Part shown: positions 57,001 through 64,000 of the stretch, piece after piece
Position numbering within the stretch: the first letter of the stretch is position 1
Layout of the letters: every line of letters starts with the position of its first letter
Origin: Octopus sinensis
Taxonomy: Eukaryota
Length of the DNA stretch: 64,000 bases
Assembly: GCF_006345805.1 (NCBI RefSeq)
Contig: NC_042997.1
Coordinates: forward strand, 63,984,001 to 64,048,000
Direction of reading: 5' to 3'
Translations under genes and position numbers: made by a program
Notes under the pieces: model-generated
Databases searched by the model: none
The model's input: only the letters and a program-made list of their open reading frames with translations
What the model was told of the DNA's origin: nothing

Positions 57001-58942
57001 GTAATTTCCGTTAGTAAAACATTTTAAGTGTTACACACATACTAACATAAACTGATCGATATATAGACAGACAAATAGAGAGAATGATAGACAGACTAAT
57101 AGGCATACTGATGGATACATAAAGAAACAGACTGATAAGGTGACAGGCAAGTAGATAGACATACTGATAGGCATACATACAGATAGATTGATAGATACAC
57201 AGATAGACAGACAAACAGACTGATAGTTGTAATAGATTGAGAGACAGATAGACAAAGAGATAAGCAAACAGACTGTCAGTCAGATAGATAGAAAGATTGA
57301 TTCAGAAACACTCTGATAGCTGGTAGTGTGTGTGTGTGGGGGGGGGGCATTCTTAGATACCCTGAAATACCCCGAACAAAAGAAGAGAGAAATCAATACA
57401 TTCTCTATCAATACATTTGACAGAGAACATTTATTATATAAGGTCCTAAATTTAGCATAGAGTATTCAGTTACAAGATCTTCATACATTTCAGTGCATGC
57501 GTATGAGTATGTGTATGTGCATGTGTGTATTTGTGCGTGGGTGAGCTGTACTGTAATTAAGTATGAATATGTATTCATATTTAGGTAGTTAAATCAAAAG
57601 TGTGTTACTAACCCGTGAACTCTCTGCTTGCCCCTGTCCATCAAATGGATGATATTGAATTTAACTATTTAAAGGACTGATATATTCTATAGTGAACCGT
57701 ATGCTTTCATGGCATACTGTTTTACACCATAAGATTGTTTCTCCTGCACTTGCTTGCTGAAGAAGAAACTATCTGCTCAATCACTGGGACAATTTTCTCC
57801 AAAGAATATATCTTATACCTCTACTTCGATAAAGCCTTTTTCCTTATATCAAGTAAAACGAATTACCTCAAAAGGAGATTATTTTCATTAGGCTAAGCGA
57901 AAAAAATATTGACTCGATCCATCTATATAACTGATATTCGATTGTTAGTAATACTGTCCTCTAATAAGTATTTGAAGTAGCATTTATTTCAATACTATTG
58001 CCTCCTAAATGGATACATTTATATGTGCTTTGAAAATGTTCTCTGCGAATGATAAAATTACTTTTCAATATTGTTTTCGATAGTGATGTATAACTTTTCT
58101 TTTAGCGATGTCATGATTGATGACATCTCGTTCAGGTAGTGGATTGATCTGTGCGTGCAGAGACGAATAAAATTGTTTAGATTTATATTATACACAGCAG
58201 AGGTCTTACAAACTGAAAGAAAATGATGCAATTGTAAATCAAGAAAAAAATTTGGAATAAGATTTAAACAGCAAATTAATGCTAAAGTTATGTTACGAAG
58301 TATATGAAACTTAAGACATTTGTATTGTCTGATTGTATAAGTTTTCCTTCTAGTCTGATTTTATCTATAATTTCCTCGTTAAACACACTTTTTGTTAGAA
58401 AAATATTATACTAACGTAAAATCATAACTAATGCAATTGTTTTCAGAGGGTACTTCACAAAATTTGCGAGGGAACTCAATTTTTATAATTAACCACAAAA
58501 TTTATGTACTAACATTTCTTTCAATATCTTTTATTGTGTTTGCAAATGAAATTTTATGAGGATTGGGCATACATTATGTGATATCTAAAATACTGTTGAA
58601 ATTAGCTTACATTATCTTTCTAGATTTAAAACCTTTAAAAACAAATATTGATTGAGTTACAATTATGATTTTTTAAGTGATATTGTTCGTGTGACTGATA
58701 ATAACAAATAAATATCTTTGTAATAACATAGCCCTATATTTCGATCTGTTGTTAATCGTACAAGTAAATAAGGAATATTACAGTGTGGCCTTCAAAAATA
58801 GAACACGACCAAACTTAGTCAAAAACGTAGGAGCAAGAGTAACATTATTAACCCTATCAAATACCATATCTGCTATAAAAATCAACTGAGGCATAAAAAA
58901 GCAGACAGCAAAATCTACGACATTAAATCGTAATATACATAC

Positions 58943-59133
58943 CACGTTTGATGACTTATTGTTAGGCTTCTCCAGACGCATGCAGAAAATCTTCGCTAAA
59001 ATACCGAAACAGATCTTCTTGATGATGATGGGAACTTCGTGTCCTCGTGCTCCCTTGTGGTGAATATTTAAGGTGAATACTGTCATGGCCGTGGCAAATG
59101 ATACAATTGATATGGTGATACCATAGTAGATAC
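58943..59133 (-). CDS. nAChR-like (Cys-loop ligand-gated ion channel) subunit, exon encoding M3 and the start of the M3-M4 loop
   Basis: Translates (G)IYYGITISIVSFATAMTVFTLNIHHKGARGHEVPIIIKKICFGILAKIFCMRLEKPNNKSSNV, a typical M3 + LNIHH..VP motif. Acceptor is ctcttacag|GT (phase 1, exon starts 59133); donor is GTG|gtatgt (phase 0, exon ends 58943). Confidence 0.95.
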
Positions 59134-59833
59134 CTGTAAGAGATGACACATATATCAATGTACGTATACTTAAAAATATACTTACATAAGAAAACATGCA
59201 TAAATCGTTAAACACAAACACATACGGAAGACTCCATTATTGTGTGTGTATGTGTATGAGCGTACGTGCGTACACGTGTGTGTGAGCATTTGTATATATA
59301 TTATATATACAAAGACACTCACACATAGGCATCTATTACATAAGATCTGTACATATTATAGGTTTTCTGGATAGTAGTTTTCTCATGAGGAATATTATAT
59401 TCAATTATTCTGCGTGCATATCTATTAACGTGACTCATATCTTACGCATTTGAAAATAAATATTTAAGAATTAAATATCAGTTAATTTATATTTTAAGTG
59501 CTTTAGTGCTGGAGATAATGTAAATAAGTTACGATTGGAAATATAATCGTGCATCGTAAACAAATATTATTGAGAATTACTCCAGATCGTATATTCCATT
59601 ATCAAACACATTCATATAACGCAAAAGACAACAAAGTACTTTATTTTCAATATGAAAACTTATTACAAGTAAATGTACTCTGCTCTGCTATACAACTGGT
59701 TATGCGTGATGCTAAGCAACTTGTTGTGCGTGTTTGAAGTGTAATGGAGTAGTGAATGAGAGAATTGGTGAAGCTGTGGGCAGTATTTAACGAATGACTT
59801 CATTTGAATCCCTTTGTTATATATATTATACCT

Positions 59834-59910
<77 letters not shown>

Positions 59911-59949
59911 ACAGGCATATATATGCATATATATATATATACAAATATA

Positions 59950-60340
59950 TATTCTTTTATAGGCTTCAGTCATTTTAGTGCGGGCATGCTGGGGCACCGC
60001 CTTTAGTGGAAAAATCGACCCCTGGACTTACTGTTTGTAAGGCTAGTAGGTACTTATTCTATCGGCTCTTTGGCTGAACCTCTCAGTTACTGGGACGTAG
60101 CCACACCAACATCGGTTGTCAAGCAATGGTGAGGGGACAAACACAGACACACAAGCATACACATACACACATATACAATATGGGCTTCTTTCAGTTTCCG
60201 TCTAACAAATCTACTCACAAAGCATTGGTAGGCCCGATGTTATCGTTGAAGACACTTGCCCAAGGAGCCACGCAGTGGGACTGAATACCGAACCATGTGG
60301 TTGGGAAGCAAGCTTCTTCCTACACAGCCACACCTGCGCC
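59950..60340 (-). mobile_element. SINE family B, near full length
   Basis: Reverse complement aligns with 49525-49955. Confidence 0.85.
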
Positions 60341-61661
60341 TTCAAGAAATTCCTGTCAGAAGTTGTGATGGGATATACTACATACACAGATACATACATA
60401 CATACATACATACATACATACATACATACATACATACATACATACATACATACATACACACACACACAAACACACACATATATATATTAAAATCAAAATA
60501 AGCAACAAGGCTATCCAGAGGTAATGCAGTACGATCGTTTCATGCAACTCCATTTAATTGAACAATGCAATCATTACATCAATTTAAAATGCAGAGCAAT
60601 GTTCAGGTGTACAAAGACAGAATTTAATTAAATAAACAGACGGACATATTAGTATAATTTTATCGAAAATCTTCAAGAAGTTAAGGAGATAGAAAAAGAA
60701 CATGCTGCCTTCACTCCAGTTTAGAAGTTACTGAAATTTTCAAGAAGATATACACTGTTACAGACTCTGCCTGTCACTGCTTTTTGATTATATGGGGTAA
60801 GTTTTAATTTATAGACAAGTTTATCAAATCCCTTGTATATCTGAGGCTGAGAGAACAGAGGGCAGTATCTGTTAGGGGTAGGACTGAGGGAGCAGGCAGA
60901 CATCACAGTTGGCATAGTCATAAAAATCAAGTTTTATTAGAAGCAATACCATTAGGTTTGGTAAAGGAAAACTCAAAAAAAGATGTTAGCTGATAATTAA
61001 TGGGGGTAGCCCACTAGCAGACCATTAATAATGAAACAAGGGAAGACTTATCATGTAGTACTATAGTTAGATATTTTAAACAATGTTGGTATATGTATAC
61101 AGTTAAAATTTAGGGTTATTCAAAGGATTATTAAGAAGAATATTATAACAAAAGGATAGAAATTTATGAATACTTTTGAGTATATACTCAACTTTTACCA
61201 GAATAGAGGGAGGAAAAAATTATCCAGAAATAGTTTAATATTTATACATATTGTATACTTAAACACAAAATCATCAGATGGTATCTGTGAATATGGATTA
61301 TTGGTATATACTGGTATTAATATATATATATATATAATATTATATATATATATAGACAAACATATATATATATTCATATATGTATATATATATATATACT
61401 TTATTTTAAGCAGCAGAAAATTCAACAAAATCTGTTACTCTGAGTTTCTCGTTGCCGTTCATCAGACAGTTTTTGCTAGAATATATATATATATATATAT
61501 ATTGCTATATATATATATATATATATATCTACATACATATACATCTATCTATCTATCTATGCAAACACAAACACACATACACACATATATATATACATAC
61601 ATACATACATACATATACATCTATATAGCTATCTATATATATTCATGCACATAATATATAC

Positions 61662-61731
<70 letters not shown>

Positions 61732-61743
61732 TATATATGTATA

Positions 61744-62140
61744 TCTATACATGTATATAAAATCCTCTGTGCGTGTATGTTTCTTCTATGCACGGCCAAA
61801 CCGCTGGATTAATCTGTGCCAAATTTGGTATGAACGCTTTCATTACCCGCGGAAGGTTAAAGGGCGGGTCGTATAGGGGGCTTTAGACCCCACGTCACGA
61901 ACCTTTCGATTTGTTTTCAGTACTATAATACCAAGTTTAGCAAGGATGTTTTTCATTATTCGGGGAAGGTTGTAGGGGGGTCAAATATTCTGCCCTTGCC
62001 TATATAGGGGGCTATATAGGGCCTCCCTATACGACCCTTCCGATTTTGATTTTCAGTGGTATAATAGTTTCACATTTCGCAACACTATAGTTTCACTTTT
62101 ATTGTTAGAGGCCGAAAGTATGTGTTGGTGTGTGTGTGAA

Positions 62141-62175
<35 letters not shown>

Positions 62176-62241
62176 ATGGGTGATAGCGTATATTTTATTT
62201 ATTTACATTTTCTCGCATGTTTATTAAAGTGTGCTTGACTG

Positions 62242-62279
<38 letters not shown>

Positions 62280-62510
62280 TGTGTTGTTATGAATCTGGAA
62301 TATGGCTACGATTAGTCATACACGCACGCGAACACATACGTGCACCCATTACATATCATATACACTTACATAAATACATATGCATATATGTTTATTATAT
62401 GTGTGCGTGTGTGAGAAAGAGAAAGAATCAGTCAGTGATTGAAGGTGTGTGTTCTCGTGACAATTTTATTGTTGCATCTATGTATAAGTAGCTAAGTAAA
62501 ATTTCGGCTA

Positions 62511-62556
<46 letters not shown>

Positions 62557-63046
62557 TCTGTGCCACACACACACACACAAACGAAAACTCACCCTTCTCT
62601 CTCTCTAACAGTCAATCACTCACACATTCACTGAAAAAAATTTGCAAGAAAAAATGAATGAAAAATGTACGTTGTCACTTTTTCTCTCTCCCTCCCACAA
62701 CACAAACTTTCTGTCTCACTCCCCCTCCATCAACACATACACACGTCTATGGCCATTTCATCACTCCTTGCTTCTCCTTGCTTCTTTCATGGGCAATTTA
62801 TATGTAGGATGTCCCAAAACTCTCTTTTCATTGAACACTAATTAAAGGGCATACTGAAAAAATTGTATATTTAGAAGTTCTACAAAATTAAACTGTGATT
62901 GATTTCAGGATTTGTGTTAATAATTTTGTTTAAGCTCACATCAACTGAAGAAATTTTTCTGAAATTATCTTTTATTCTGATAGAATAAATATATATGTTT
63001 CCTTTAAAATTCTTAACCTTTCGAGCCACGCTGGGTACTTAAGCTA

Positions 63047-63047
<1 letters not shown>
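61744..63047 (+). mobile_element. Non-autonomous Helitron-like element
   Basis: 5' end A|TCTATAC...tataaa...gcacggccaaaccgctggattaatctgtgccaaatttggtatga; 3' end gagccacgctgggtacttaagCTAG|T. Inserted between A and T with no TSD; the subterminal hairpin is degenerate. Confidence 0.65.
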
Positions 63048-63087
<40 letters not shown>

Positions 63088-63094
<7 letters not shown>

Positions 63095-63905
63095 AAGGGT
63101 TAAAAGCAACAAGTTTCTCAAAACCACATACCGAAAATATTAGAAATAGCAGCCAAAATTGGTCAGTATTTCCTCTACTAGTAAAAAGTCTCCACAAACA
63201 AACATAATTTGTAAGCTGTATATGGCAAAAAAAGGCAGAAAATAATGAAAACCCAGCCTCTGGATTAATTATAGACGATATGGTCTTTTCCATACCGACA
63301 AATCTACTAGGTGAAATTGATTAATTGTATTAAATTAATTATATTCCACCCTTTATTGAATATTGAATACTTTTGCTCCCTTACAAGTTATCTCCGAATT
63401 TTTCGTTTCGTTGGTAATGTTTTTGTAGCTCACGTGGTAGATTTTGGAGGGAAATATGAATTCGCATGTCGGCATAGATGTACGAATGCTAGCAGTTCCG
63501 TTAAGCCGTCCGATGTTGCAGATCGTACTGGTGTAACGGGTAAGTTTTTTCCCCTACCATTTCTAGATCTATAGGAAATATTATATTGACAAGGAAATGA
63601 ACCTTCGGTTCTAATCCAGAAACGAGTCGTCTATAATTAATCCAGAGGCTGGGTTTTCATTATTTTCTGCTTTTTTTGCCATATACAGCTTACAAATTCT
63701 GTTTGTTTGTGGAGACTTTTTACTAGTAGAGGAAATACTGACCAATTTTGGCTGCTACTTCTAATATTTTCGGTATGTGGTTTTGAGCAACTTGTTGCTT
63801 TTAACCCTTTATTATAATTATTATCACCCTTACCAAATATGGTCTTTTCCATACCGACAAATCTACTAGGTGAAATGATTAATTGTATTAAATTAATTAT
63901 ATTCC

Positions 63906-63910
<5 letters not shown>
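63088..63910. mobile_element. Inverted plus direct repeat structure, PLE pseudo-LTR-like
   Basis: Inverted arms 63088-63278 and 63627-63816 (~190 bp). Direct repeat 63278-63352 and 63837-63910 (~75 bp, 1 indel). Flanked by (TA)n. Confidence 0.7.
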
Positions 63911-63955
<45 letters not shown>

Positions 63956-64000
63956 AACACGCAAGAAAAAGTAAATAAATAAAATGTACGCTATCACTCA

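Noticed and set aside
63091-63813. gggttaa/ttaaccc at the outer edges of the 63-kb inverted repeat, suggesting piggyBac
   Set aside because: The orientation is opposite to TTAA|CCC...GGG|TTAA termini.
59134-64000. Search for the M1/M2 exons upstream of M3
   Set aside because: No GEK..LG.T.LL-type peptide is present. ORF 60721-60930 is unrelated, so these exons are presumably outside the window.

Overview
AT-rich, microsatellite-dense eukaryotic DNA, very probably from an Octopus genome (inferred from SINE families I recognise from memory; not database-verified). The only host gene is the 3' part of a Cys-loop nicotinic acetylcholine receptor-like subunit on the minus strand. It comprises an M3 exon (59133-58943), a probable 93-nt intracellular-loop exon with no ATG-based ORF call of its own (36673-36581) and the terminal M4 exon (16651-16265); the upstream exons lie beyond the window. 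The introns and flanks are filled with tRNA-derived SINEs, decayed mariner/Tc1, RTE, Gypsy and Helitron-like elements, and several Penelope-like (PLE) remnants. Three observations stand out. (1) PLE-type palindromes carry minimal hammerhead ribozyme folds, including a U3-A8 compensatory core variant. (2) A recent 1.5-kb insertion, stitched from three nearby templates, interrupts a Gypsy pol. (3) Inside that insertion is a SINE whose empty site is preserved in the source copy. I see no evidence for a wholly new biological system; the findings are unusual instances of known classes. All folds, translations and alignments were done by eye. TE boundaries are approximate unless junction bases are quoted.
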